DNA of 64,000 nucleotides, from the IMG/VR virus record IMGVR_UViG_3300032116_000001, positions 314,849 through 378,848 of that record. The stretch is one strand, 5' to 3'. The notes under the pieces were generated by a model. The model saw nothing but the letters and a program-made list of their open reading frames with translations. It was not told where the DNA came from and ran no database searches. Within the stretch, counting starts at the first letter, position 1, and each line of letters opens with the position of its first letter. Shown one piece after another: positions 19,225 through 28,780 of the stretch. Position numbers and translations under genes: made by a program.

Positions 19225-19800
19225 GAGAAAAGCTGCGACGGCACGGAAAGACGTGCGAGAGCAGATGGTAGAAATGAGCTAGGTTTGCATCTCCCCGATA
19301 GAGGAAACTCATTTCATCTGGTAACCAATCCAGATCGTAGCTTTTCTCGGCGGCATGGCGTCGATAGATATCGCACTGCAAAGTGCAGAAAGAGATCAGG
19401 CCACTTCACGGTCTCTCGCCTTTCTTAAGAAAGGTCAACCATGCAAGCCCAGCACCTGTGAGCTTCAGGCCCAAAACCTGGAGATATGGTGGAAGATGGA
19501 GGGAGAAGAGTCAGCGTTATCGAGGCAACCGTGTAGATAACAGTTTGATCGCCGTTGCAAGCGGCAATGCCCACGCAAGCCATCGACATCTAAGGAGCGA
19601 AGGGTAGTTATATTTGTCCGAGGTTTAAGCAGCCAAGGGCTATATAGCACGATGAAAGGCGAGGCGGAGAAGATGGACTTCAATGCCGTATTAGTCTTGA
19701 AATCGCGTTGAGTAACCTAGCAGGGTGAAAGACATGAGGCGTGTCATATTTTGTATTGTAAAGCAATATGAAGTGGCTGGACGCGCACGTCTCGCGTGAA
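19225..19800 (+). ncRNA. probable GOLLD-type large structured RNA
   Basis: No credible ORF; many hairpins with GCAA loops; 3' block TTGAGTAACC..GCAGGGTGAAAGACATGAGGCGTG..TTGTATT..ATATGAAG..GCACGTCTC resembles the GOLLD 3' domain as I recall it; tRNA-adjacent context. Confidence 0.6.
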
Positions 19801-19803
19801 GTT

Positions 19804-19874
19804 GCAAACATAGCTGAATGGTACAGCACTGTTATCTGAACAGTAGATTATTGGTTCAAGTCCAATTGTTTATT
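19804..19874 (+). pseudogene. degenerate tRNA (TCT, Arg-like)
   Basis: TAGCTGAATGGTACAGC D arm, ACTGT-TATCTGA-ACAGT, GGTTCAAGTCC; A at position 33, acceptor mismatch, no CCA. Confidence 0.6.
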
Positions 19875-19915
19875 AAAAATGCAAAAGTCGCGTCCTGTGT
19901 TAATTGAAAGCAGCG

Positions 19916-20459
19916 TATTTCCTGAGTGTGGGACAGTCAGGAGCATCGAAGATGGCAAGTCTAAGATGTATCGTAGGATTCAAGACGTAGTATCTTAGCG
20001 GATATTCACGGCAGTAAAATGTCGGCGGCAAGAAGATCACGTAGAAGATTAACATTAAACTGGAAAAGCCACCAGTATAAAAAGGCCGCTGTGTGAAGGT
20101 ACTGCTGGCAACAGTAGTGGACAATTAGGCAAAGCACATCGCAAGTGTGCTGTACTCCTAAAAAGCCGTCACAAATCAGTTTTTAGTCTACAAATTGAAA
20201 CTCCCACATTAAATTTTAATGACTAACATTTTGTTAGTTGAATCCTAAATGAGTCCCAATCCAACAGGGGTTCTTGGTCAGATTTAAGTTCTGCTGGGAG
20301 ACTCATACGATGTAATCCTCGGAACCGATGCTCTGGGACATTGAATGAAAGTTCAATAGTCATATGATCGCCGAGGCGAGAAGAAAAGAAGTTTTGGCTT
20401 TCTTCTTTAAAAAAGCCAATTAGATTTGCGCTCGAATCAACCAAGGACGCTTGGGAATA
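19916..20459 (+). ncRNA. candidate second large structured RNA (~545 nt)
   Basis: 13 bp closing helix 19916-19929 with 20447-20459; internal GNRA hairpins; no credible ORF. Confidence 0.5.
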
Positions 20460-20461
20460 TC

Positions 20462-20547
20462 GTCAACTACCACACGCACAAGGCGTGTGGCTTGCTACAA
20501 GCTCAGCCTTCGGCTGAGCGAACAATAGGGAGGTTGACTGCTCCCCT
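20462..20547 (-). ncRNA. TnpB omega-RNA scaffold / IS right end
   Basis: GTCAAC...GTTGAC closing pair with hairpins GCTCAGCC-GAA-GGCTGAGC and CCACACGC..GCGTGTGG overlapping the tnpB stop. Confidence 0.75.
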
Positions 20548-21584
20548 AAAGAACCTATATTCTTACTGGCATTAAAGTCTGCATTCTCCGTGTGTCCGCA
20601 GGACATGCAGAGAAACACAGTTTGACTTTTTCTATTGGCTTTTTCACAATATCCGCACTCACTACACGTCGCAGACGTGTAGTGAGCAGGAACAATAGCT
20701 AAAGGAACTCCATAGAGTTCAGCTTTGTAAGTAATGTAGCTTCTGAGTTGGGCGAATGCCCAACTCATTCTTTGACTTCTATTCACTCGCCTGACCGTTA
20801 CTCTTTTGTTGATATGCGTTAGCTCTTCGAGAGCCAACGCATATCCGAGTGCCTTTGCTTTTGTTACTAAAAGTTTTGAAATGACGTGATTTGTGTCTTT
20901 TCTAAATCTGGATTCTTTTTGTCCACATTTCTTGATTCTTCTTTTTGCAGAGCGTGTTCCACGCTTCTGCAATCTTTGTCGATGAGAGTGATATTGTTTT
21001 CTTTTCTTCTCGATGTGTTCTCCCGAGAACACATCTCCTAAAGAACTTACAGCGATTTGTTTCACTCCTAAGTCTATTCCTATAACGTCTTTGGCGTTAT
21101 AGGCTGATTCTGTTGGAATTTCTAAAGTACAAAGAAGATAGAACTTGCCATTTTGATAAACTAAATCAACTTGCCCCTTTCTATATTTGAAGCGTTCTTT
21201 GTCGTATATTTGGATTGGGATATTGATTCTTCCATCATTAGTCCAGATATTAACTAAATCAGTTCCTTTAAAAGTGATTACTCTGTCGTCGTAGACGACA
21301 GCAGAAGTCTTTTTGAAGTAATTTGGATTTTTGCTTCTTTTCTTTTTATATGTAGCGGTAACCACATCAATAGCCCTTATTATTAATTGAGAAGAGAAGC
21401 TTGGATGCGTTTCACGCATCCCATGATATGCATTTCTTTGCAATTGAACTTTATTATAAGTTTCTGTTGAATGAGCTATTGTTGAAAGCTCATTACAAAC
21501 ATCATTGAAAGTATTCATAGTGCGCAGAAGCGCACTATGATGAATCTCATTTGTATTGAGTTTCACTTTCAGAGTGATATTCAC
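20463..21584 (-). CDS. tnpB: RNA-guided endonuclease TnpB (IS200/IS605, tnpB-only)
   Basis: GIDLG, ALEEL and NADFNA catalytic triad; CSECG/CMSCG Zn finger. Confidence 0.95.
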   Translation of the reverse strand: MNITLKVKLNTNEIHHSALLRTMNTFNDVCNELSTIAHSTETYNKVQLQRNAYHGMRETHPSFSSQLIIRAIDVVTATYKKKRSKNPNYFKKTSAVVYDDRVITFKGTDLVNIWTNDGRINIPIQIYDKERFKYRKGQVDLVYQNGKFYLLCTLEIPTESAYNAKDVIGIDLGVKQIAVSSLGDVFSGEHIEKKRKQYHSHRQRLQKRGTRSAKRRIKKCGQKESRFRKDTNHVISKLLVTKAKALGYALALEELTHINKRVTVRRVNRSQRMSWAFAQLRSYITYKAELYGVPLAIVPAHYTSATCSECGYCEKANRKSQTVFLCMSCGHTENADFNASKNIGSLGEQSTSLLFAQPKAELVASHTPCACGS

Positions 21585-21738
21585 ATTATGTGTTTATGTG
21601 TAATGCGTTCTAACACCTTCGTGATTTTCAATTATTTTTACATATTATCGTAAATTCGATTCCTCCTATAAAATTGTCGTCTTGGCGCAGACGTTAAACG
21701 CGCCTTTTCTGTTTTAAAAATTGTACAAGGAAAGTGTA

Positions 21739-22524
21739 ATGAGATTAAAAACGAAACAAGAAATTTCAAAGATGTTTATCACTGGGGCCATTTTAGCCGA
21801 TGCCCTTAAAATCATGAAAGAGTCAGTGGTGCCAGGTATCACAACCTTGGAAATTGATTCTATAGGAGAATCGTATGTTAAGAGTTGTGGTGCAGTGGCC
21901 GCATTAAAGGGATTTAAGCCCCGATTTTCCGATCATGTTTACCAGCATGCAACTTGTATTTCAGTTAATAATCAAATTATTCACGCCCCGCCCTCCGACT
22001 ATACGATAAAAAAGGGGGATATTGTAACCTTGGACATGGCTATATCTAAAGCTTATTGGTATGCCGATGCGGCTATCACTATCGTAGTAGAAGACAATGA
22101 CAGTGATGAATACAAAGAGTCAAAAATACTATCTGAATATACACACTTGGCACTTTTGTCAACGATTGAAAAAATTATGTCAGGAGACATAAAAAAAACA
22201 AGCGACATTGGAAAGCATATTCAGAAAATGGCCGATAAAAAAAACTTCGGCGTGGTATCTGCGGCTTGCGGTCACTCGATAGGTCAAGAATTACATGAGC
22301 TAGGAATACAGATTCTTAATTCTTATGAAGAAGGAGATTCGGGGGTAAATATTGTGCCAGGAATGACATTCTGTATAGAACCTATTTTTACAATGGGATC
22401 GGGTGATATTACGAAAGACAAGCTTGATCCTTGGACGATATATACTTCTGATGGCTCTCATTCGGCTCACTGGGAACACACCGTGGCAATTACAGAAAAT
22501 GGCCCCTTAATATTGACATTATGA
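21739..22524 (+). CDS. map: methionine aminopeptidase, type I
   Basis: SVNNQIIH, LDM, YAD, GHSIG, LHE, IEP, EHT metal ligands all present. Confidence 0.93.
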   Translation: MRLKTKQEISKMFITGAILADALKIMKESVVPGITTLEIDSIGESYVKSCGAVAALKGFKPRFSDHVYQHATCISVNNQIIHAPPSDYTIKKGDIVTLDMAISKAYWYADAAITIVVEDNDSDEYKESKILSEYTHLALLSTIEKIMSGDIKKTSDIGKHIQKMADKKNFGVVSAACGHSIGQELHELGIQILNSYEEGDSGVNIVPGMTFCIEPIFTMGSGDITKDKLDPWTIYTSDGSHSAHWEHTVAITENGPLILTL

Positions 22525-22659
22525 AACCAAAGATTAGACAATCCGTAATTTGCGCTCATGTATGCTTCGATTTTGCGATAGATAGCGGGAAAGCCCACGG
22601 CTTCAAATTTCTCCTTAAAAAATCCCCCATTTTTGAGATTCCATTAGCATATAAAAGTT

Positions 22660-23463
22660 ATGCTAAAACAAAAACAAACTTATAGCAGCAAGTCTGTCGT
22701 CCACGTTGAATCCGAACTAGAGATTGTGCCTTTGGGACATCTTGATTTGCATGCATACCGACTGGTTCAAAATTCAATCATTGATTCACAGGGCGATTAT
22801 ATTATTAGAGTTGACATACCCAAGTCTTCAACTACCGAAGGCATTGCTCATCTGTCGGATATTGAAAAATTTATCAACTCAGGAGAAGGTTATTCGACTA
22901 AATCAAATATTGATGGAAGAATTGATTCAAGTTATTGGGCCTTTTTGCCTATGTCTGAAAGAAAAAGTGTGTTTAACTATGATAACTTTAGGCAGGCTGT
23001 GGTTGATAATCCATTTACTGCTTTTACGGGTGGCAAAGTAAGTAAAGATGATCTAGTAACGTATAGTGGTGGGTATTTTTTTGATATTAACCTGAAACCG
23101 TTGCCACAACCAATTGTTTTGGATGCAAGCGGTATGTATACTGAACGTTTTTACGACTTAGAAAAACTTATCAACATCCTTGGAAAAAGAAAAGATATTA
23201 AGTTTTATGATATAATGGGCAGAGAAATTGCGCATGCCGATGAAGATGCTATCTTTTACTCTGACGGAGAAGATACTATTTTTGCGCACTGGCACCCATC
23301 GGCCAGTGACATGGAGTTGATTTGGGAAGAGTGTTGCCTGATCTTGCCGCCTAAGGAAGGCAAGAAACAAATTGACACCACTCCGTATTTCAGAATGCAT
23401 GAAGCGATTTTGAATCGTGATTTGCTAGGCCTTCGGCGCAAAGGCGCTCGTTGGAGCCTGTAA
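22660..23463 (+). CDS. hypothetical protein
   Basis: 267 aa ORF. Confidence 0.7.
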   Translation: MLKQKQTYSSKSVVHVESELEIVPLGHLDLHAYRLVQNSIIDSQGDYIIRVDIPKSSTTEGIAHLSDIEKFINSGEGYSTKSNIDGRIDSSYWAFLPMSERKSVFNYDNFRQAVVDNPFTAFTGGKVSKDDLVTYSGGYFFDINLKPLPQPIVLDASGMYTERFYDLEKLINILGKRKDIKFYDIMGREIAHADEDAIFYSDGEDTIFAHWHPSASDMELIWEECCLILPPKEGKKQIDTTPYFRMHEAILNRDLLGLRRKGARWSL

Positions 23464-23530
23464 TTAAAAAGATAGCATTTGTACGACAAAATTAAAAGTT
23501 ATACAAATGCTATCGCAGTATAATAACTCT

Positions 23531-23944
23531 ATGCGATCATTTTTATTCACTCTAGTCATTGGTCTTTCAAGTTTGTCTTTTTCACAAAATTCGTTTTTAC
23601 CAAAAGACAAACTTGAAATGAATTATTCTTTCCAGTCCAGAGAGGGGCTTTCTATCACATGGAACAGTGTGCATCCTCTTGGCGCAGATATATGGGAGGC
23701 ACCAAGCCAATACAGATTTAGATCGGATTATGGCTTTGGCTTCGGTGGCGGAAGACTGTCAATGTTCTTTGAGGATTCTGGCTCCAATTACTCCTGGAAT
23801 GATCGTCAAAACTTTGGGTTTACTTATGGTTTTGGGTCGGTTAATACCAAGTTGGAAATCCAATTTTTTCGCAGAGAGCGCTCGGGAGCCTTTTCACGCG
23901 AAAATGGCACGGACATAAAAATTAATTTTTCAACAAAATTCTAA
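23531..23944 (+). CDS. secreted, putative outer-membrane beta-strand protein
   Basis: Signal peptide MRSFLFTLVIGLSSLSFSQ, aromatic/Gly-rich amphipathic strands, terminal IKINFSTKF. Confidence 0.55.
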   Translation: MRSFLFTLVIGLSSLSFSQNSFLPKDKLEMNYSFQSREGLSITWNSVHPLGADIWEAPSQYRFRSDYGFGFGGGRLSMFFEDSGSNYSWNDRQNFGFTYGFGSVNTKLEIQFFRRERSGAFSRENGTDIKINFSTKF

Positions 23945-24146
23945 AACAAGAAACTTTTTGAGATTTTCATTCGTATTAAAGATACGGCTACGATCATCCT
24001 TCCTTCTAAAAATTATCGGCTTGCCGCCAGGCGAGCTACTCCATAGAAAACTAGGGTGATTAATTTCCGTAAAATATATTGGCTATGGTGGAGCTTCCTT
24101 CTAAAAATTCATTGGTAGATAATCAGCTCCACCGCTTTCCAAAATC

Positions 24147-26240
24147 ATGAATAACTCAATTTATATCCGAAGACGGAACAAGATTTGTGTTCCGTATGTT
24201 GCTCAAAGTGATTCTGTCACCAACGTTGCACATGTTGCATCTATTGTCAAAAATGTAGAGACCCTTGGTTATACATTCTCGAAGAATCTTTTTGAGGCTC
24301 TTCAGGGATTGTCCCTAAAGCAGCTGTCTGATTTCTATGACAACTTTATGCCGATCTTTCGATATGCTCGTGGAGCACATCGTGATTACAATCCGATGTA
24401 TCCCAATTTCCCCGATCAAGTAATGGAAGCGAGCGAAGCAGAGCTTTTTATCAATGCAATGATACATTATTGGTCTTCAGGGACCATCATGCCCGAATAC
24501 AGAAAGAAAGAGCGGCTTCCCATTGCCGAAGACTCAAATCTTACGGTAATTGATTTGGGAAACGAAGAAGAATTCAAGTCATTGTTTGCTCAAATTTTAG
24601 GTTCCAATACGTCACTGTCGGCTCAGGATAAGGAAGACATTGATTGGTATCTTAGATATTACGGACTGGATATTGACATGATGCCTTCTGAAATTCCTCA
24701 GAAGGAAAATCGCGCTTACGTTGCAAACTTGATCATGTTTTTGGTCGAATCTCCTGATGTTGCCACAGAATATTTGTTTAGATATTTTAGTACTCCCACG
24801 GATGTATTAAGATTGGCAGTAGCAATGTCCAATGGTGATGTTTCTTTGGCTAAGGCTTGCAAATTTAGAAATTTCAAGCGATCAGAGAGGGCTCTTTTAT
24901 TGTCATTGCTTTCAAGGACAGTACATCCCGTTGAGGACATGCTAAAGTGGAAGAATCGTTGGATTCGCCTTGGCGAAAAACTTCACGTTGGCGAATATGC
25001 AGACAGATTCCCCAAGGCCTATGAAGCTTTTAGAATTCTTCGCAACAATGAAAAAGTAGAAACATTTAATAGTGTGGTTGAAAAGTCATTGCTTGATCGG
25101 GACATTAGCACAGCCGTAAGAAAGTTGGTTAAGCGACCTGGAGAACTTGCCCGCCGATTAGACCACTTGGTGAGAATTTCAACATTTGATCAGCGTGTGG
25201 AAATCGTGTCTGCGTTTTCTAGTGTTGTTGAGCAAATATCAACTCCCGTTCTTTTGCAAGTGCGACAGCACTTTGCTTCAAGAAACAATGAATCTAAGCT
25301 TCGTGTTTTCTTCCCTAAGGGAAATGTAGCAAAAGCAAAGATGATTGACAATGATCTCCCTGTCATTTCTGAAGCGATTTGTTTTGCATTTGTAAGAACT
25401 TGCGAAGAAGCTCTGTCACAAAGATTTTCCGCAATGCCGTCGCTCGGAAATGTTTATGTGGATGAAGGCTTAAAGAATTATTTGCTTCCGTTTTCTCAAC
25501 GATCAGCATCGAAGGCTTTAAAAACTCTTGTTCGCGGTAGCAAAGTTGATTTGGAAAGCAACAAGGACACATTGAGATTCTTTGTTTGGTGGATAAACGG
25601 CAATGGCCGCACGGACATTGACTTATCGGCTTCGACATTCGACAAGGATTTTAACTACATTGATGTTTTGTCTTACTACAATTTGCGAGGATTGGGTGGT
25701 TGTCATAGCGGGGATATCGTTGACGCTCCCGATGGAGCCAGTGAGTTTATAGACATTTCTTTGTCTAAGATTGCTGAGTCTGGTGCGCGATATATTGTTA
25801 TGACTCTCAATGTGTATAGGGGCGAAAATTTCGTCGAACTTCCTGAGTGCTTTGCTGGCTGGATGCTGCGCGAAAGTCCTCAGTCGGGGGAAATTTTTGA
25901 ACCCAAGACTGTTCAGAACAGGTTTGATATCACCGCTGACATGCGCATTGCTGTGCCGCTGATCATCGACGTGGTTGAAAGACAAGTTATTTGGTGCGAT
26001 TTGTCATTAAAGCATAATAACTTCTCGGCCAATCATGTTGAGGGCAATAAGAGGGGCATTAATGCAACATTGCAGTCAATGACTAGCCTAAACAAGCCCA
26101 ATATGTATGATCTGCTTAGAATTCATGCGTCTGCTAGAGGCGTGATCGTTGACTCGCCTGAAGAGGCCGATGTCGTTTTCTCTGTGGAAAATGACACCCC
26201 TCAAATGCTTGAAACTATCGCATCGGAGTACATGGCATGA
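24147..26240 (+). CDS. TerD-domain stress-response protein with a long helical N-terminus
   Basis: RPGELARRLDHL; C-terminal FFVWW..DIDLSA..HSGDIVDAP.GASEFIDI..ELPECFAGW. Confidence 0.8.
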   Translation: MNNSIYIRRRNKICVPYVAQSDSVTNVAHVASIVKNVETLGYTFSKNLFEALQGLSLKQLSDFYDNFMPIFRYARGAHRDYNPMYPNFPDQVMEASEAELFINAMIHYWSSGTIMPEYRKKERLPIAEDSNLTVIDLGNEEEFKSLFAQILGSNTSLSAQDKEDIDWYLRYYGLDIDMMPSEIPQKENRAYVANLIMFLVESPDVATEYLFRYFSTPTDVLRLAVAMSNGDVSLAKACKFRNFKRSERALLLSLLSRTVHPVEDMLKWKNRWIRLGEKLHVGEYADRFPKAYEAFRILRNNEKVETFNSVVEKSLLDRDISTAVRKLVKRPGELARRLDHLVRISTFDQRVEIVSAFSSVVEQISTPVLLQVRQHFASRNNESKLRVFFPKGNVAKAKMIDNDLPVISEAICFAFVRTCEEALSQRFSAMPSLGNVYVDEGLKNYLLPFSQRSASKALKTLVRGSKVDLESNKDTLRFFVWWINGNGRTDIDLSASTFDKDFNYIDVLSYYNLRGLGGCHSGDIVDAPDGASEFIDISLSKIAESGARYIVMTLNVYRGENFVELPECFAGWMLRESPQSGEIFEPKTVQNRFDITADMRIAVPLIIDVVERQVIWCDLSLKHNNFSANHVEGNKRGINATLQSMTSLNKPNMYDLLRIHASARGVIVDSPEEADVVFSVENDTPQMLETIASEYMA

Positions 26241-26608
26241 AGTCCAAATACTCTATTGGTGATAGAGTAAAGACAAGATACGATGCCCAGGTGACAAAGG
26301 AAATTATGATTCCTGCGGGGACCATGGGCAAAGTAATTAGGGTTGATAATGTCGATCACAAATGGGGCAAAGTGTATCCCTGCACTAGACGGGGATACAC
26401 CGCCTCTTGGGTTGAATTTGATAGCATTCCAATGTATTTTCTTATGTATAATAGTCAGTTGGAGTGGCTTTCGAGTTCCCCGACTGACGACAGCTACACC
26501 ACAGAAGTTATCGATGGCCATACTGTATTAAAGTTTCCTGACGGGACAGAACTTTGGCACAAAGGCGAAACTCTTTATAACGGACTTGAAGCATTACCCC
26601 CCAATTGA
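26237..26608 (+). CDS. hypothetical protein (SH3/KOW-like N-terminus)
   Basis: YSIGDRVK start, overlapping the previous stop. Confidence 0.55.
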   Translation: MKSKYSIGDRVKTRYDAQVTKEIMIPAGTMGKVIRVDNVDHKWGKVYPCTRRGYTASWVEFDSIPMYFLMYNSQLEWLSSSPTDDSYTTEVIDGHTVLKFPDGTELWHKGETLYNGLEALPPN

Positions 26609-26626
26609 ATTTAAATTGAAGTAAAA

Positions 26627-26947
26627 ATGGCACACGGCAGAGAAGCGTATATTGAGCGGTTAAGGTCTGGCGAAAACGTCAGCTTTAGAGAAAGCGGAAA
26701 TTCTATGACCCCGAAAATCAAACATAGACAAAAATGCACGTATTCACCTGTGCTTAGTCACGATGACATTCAAGTCGGGGATGCAGTGTTTTGCAAAGTT
26801 GGCTCATACTATTACACGCATTTAATTAAGGCCAAAAAGCAAGAAGGCGATGATTATATTTATCAGATTGGCAACAATCATGGAAAAATTAATGGCTGGA
26901 CCACTTTAAACAAGATTTACGGTAAGGTTATCAAAGTTCAAGACTGA
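26627..26947 (+). CDS. S24/S26 peptidase-like small protein
   Basis: SGNSMTPKI, VGDAVF, IYGKVI. Confidence 0.6.
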   Translation: MAHGREAYIERLRSGENVSFRESGNSMTPKIKHRQKCTYSPVLSHDDIQVGDAVFCKVGSYYYTHLIKAKKQEGDDYIYQIGNNHGKINGWTTLNKIYGKVIKVQD

Positions 26948-26983
26948 AAGGGCTGTTTTGCCACCACGCCGAATTCATTTAAT

Positions 26984-27871
26984 GTGTGGTATAGGTCAGC
27001 ATCTGAGTCATTGAACAAATCGCGTTACAATCGCGATTTGTCTTCGATTATGCAAGACACTTTTTTCCACGGCACGGCTGAAAACTTTGAAGGTCCGCTT
27101 AAAGGCGGCGCATATGATAACATTATATGGACAGCAAATAATCCAGCTGTAGCACAAAATTACATTCCAGCTTCAGGAGCGCAATCGGGTTTTTCTCTTG
27201 ACAAATGGGCTGAGGATCACGAGCCATATTCTCACTTTCGATATCATCGGGGCACGGACGTTGCACTTTTGAAACAAATGGGATATGGCTATCCTACTGA
27301 TGAAGAATTATATCCGAATGGTGAGCTTAAAAACTATCGTATAAAAGATCGCCATGCAACACATGGAGAGATGCGGGAATATTTAAGATCGCTGGGATAC
27401 GACCCAGAAGAAGATTTTTGGATTAACACAGAATATGTTGATGGTGACGAGATTGTCCGCCCCAAGAATTACAAAATGCCAGGCAGGCTTTTTATTGGGC
27501 ATCCTCAAAAGCCTTTGAATATTTTTGATACTACTGAGTATTTAGAAGGCGATGAATCTAACCCAGCTTATCACATGCATGATGTTTTTAATCTTATTAA
27601 AGGCAAGGGATATCACGGCGTTAAAATACCAGATTTTGCTCAGTCAAAAAACTGGGGAAATGTGCATCACGAAAGTGTTGGAATTTTCCCCGAATATGTT
27701 GATCATTTAAACTGGGATGTTATACCAGCGGTAAATTTTGACTGGGGAGATAATCTTTTAGGTGTTTATTCGACGCCTGACTGGGATATTCATCATAAGC
27801 AACAGATACTTTCTGCTCATCAAAGTGGCGAAAAAGTTGATCCTCGATTATTAGACTGGGCTCAAAATTAA
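26984..27871 (+). CDS. MWY-tagged protein, ART-PolyVal-like
   Basis: GTG start MWYRSAS; FFHGT..F, IWTANNP.VA.NY, GYHGVKI. Confidence 0.65.
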   Translation: MWYRSASESLNKSRYNRDLSSIMQDTFFHGTAENFEGPLKGGAYDNIIWTANNPAVAQNYIPASGAQSGFSLDKWAEDHEPYSHFRYHRGTDVALLKQMGYGYPTDEELYPNGELKNYRIKDRHATHGEMREYLRSLGYDPEEDFWINTEYVDGDEIVRPKNYKMPGRLFIGHPQKPLNIFDTTEYLEGDESNPAYHMHDVFNLIKGKGYHGVKIPDFAQSKNWGNVHHESVGIFPEYVDHLNWDVIPAVNFDWGDNLLGVYSTPDWDIHHKQQILSAHQSGEKVDPRLLDWAQN

Positions 27872-28671
27872 ACGATTGACTGTCTTTCTGTTTTCTTTTC
27901 CCTTGTTGATTTTAACATTCTCCAGTTCTCTTTAATAAATTGAACAGCTTCTGAATATGTTTTTCCAGCTACTAATTCTCTTCCTGTATAATCCTCAACC
28001 ATCCAGTTACCATAAACTTCTTTTTTCATCGGGAAAATCATTCCCTTGTTTACGCTTGGCCCCCAAACAATAACTTGGGATTGCTGATCACCATGATGAT
28101 CGAAAAGAATTCCTCCGCTATAAAACACAACTGCTTCGTTTCCATACTGCCCTGTAAAAGCAGTGTGCTCAGCGTCATTTGAATCCACTTGAAATGCAAA
28201 ATTATAACCTGGGTCTTCCATGCGGTCTTCCTTCCAGGTTGATAGATGAACTCCCTCAATGTCAGGATGACCATATTTAAATCCTTCATTTTCGATATCT
28301 CTTGCATTTTCCGTGAAATGCACAAGCCAGTCGGGCCTGAGCGCTCTCTGATATTCTAATGAATTATATGCAGGACTTTCGTATGCATTTGAATTATCAT
28401 ATTGGTATCTTTCGCGAGAGTCATTTAAAAAACTAACAAATGCTTTGCGATAATCATCAGGCGCATTGTTCAACCATGTATAGCCTCGTTCATCTGGGTA
28501 ATCTTCCACGTCCTCCATGATGCTTGGGTCTAATCGGTATTCTTCGTGAGAATCCAAAAAATTATCCACAAGAAAGGCATAATCATAAGGATTGGTTCCC
28601 TCTCGTACATAATCTCTCAAATAAGCAAGCTCTGTGCTATATCCCGCTTTTTTGATGCTTCTGTACCACAT
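27868..28671 (-). CDS. MWY-tagged protein, possible ART-like domain
   Basis: MWYRSIKKA; WLVHFT..I..EGF, HLST, QSQVIVW. Confidence 0.55.
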   Translation of the reverse strand: MWYRSIKKAGYSTELAYLRDYVREGTNPYDYAFLVDNFLDSHEEYRLDPSIMEDVEDYPDERGYTWLNNAPDDYRKAFVSFLNDSRERYQYDNSNAYESPAYNSLEYQRALRPDWLVHFTENARDIENEGFKYGHPDIEGVHLSTWKEDRMEDPGYNFAFQVDSNDAEHTAFTGQYGNEAVVFYSGGILFDHHGDQQSQVIVWGPSVNKGMIFPMKKEVYGNWMVEDYTGRELVAGKTYSEAVQFIKENWRMLKSTREKKTERQSIV

Positions 28672-28780
28672 AATGTTTTTTTCTAAGAATGTTTATTTTT
28701 AGCCTATAATTATCTAGGCTGATTCAATTTTTTAATTGAATTTAACATGTTATAAGCTGTTATATCAGCTTGGGTTAATT

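Noticed and set aside
19032-20444. Several 60-76 aa ORFs in the giant-RNA region
   Set aside because: They overlap on both strands, lack motifs or an RBS, and are better explained by structured RNA.
22589-22605. GAAAGCCCACGGCTTCA, resembling half of an IS605 end hairpin
   Set aside because: The partner arm and transposase are absent; too short to call.
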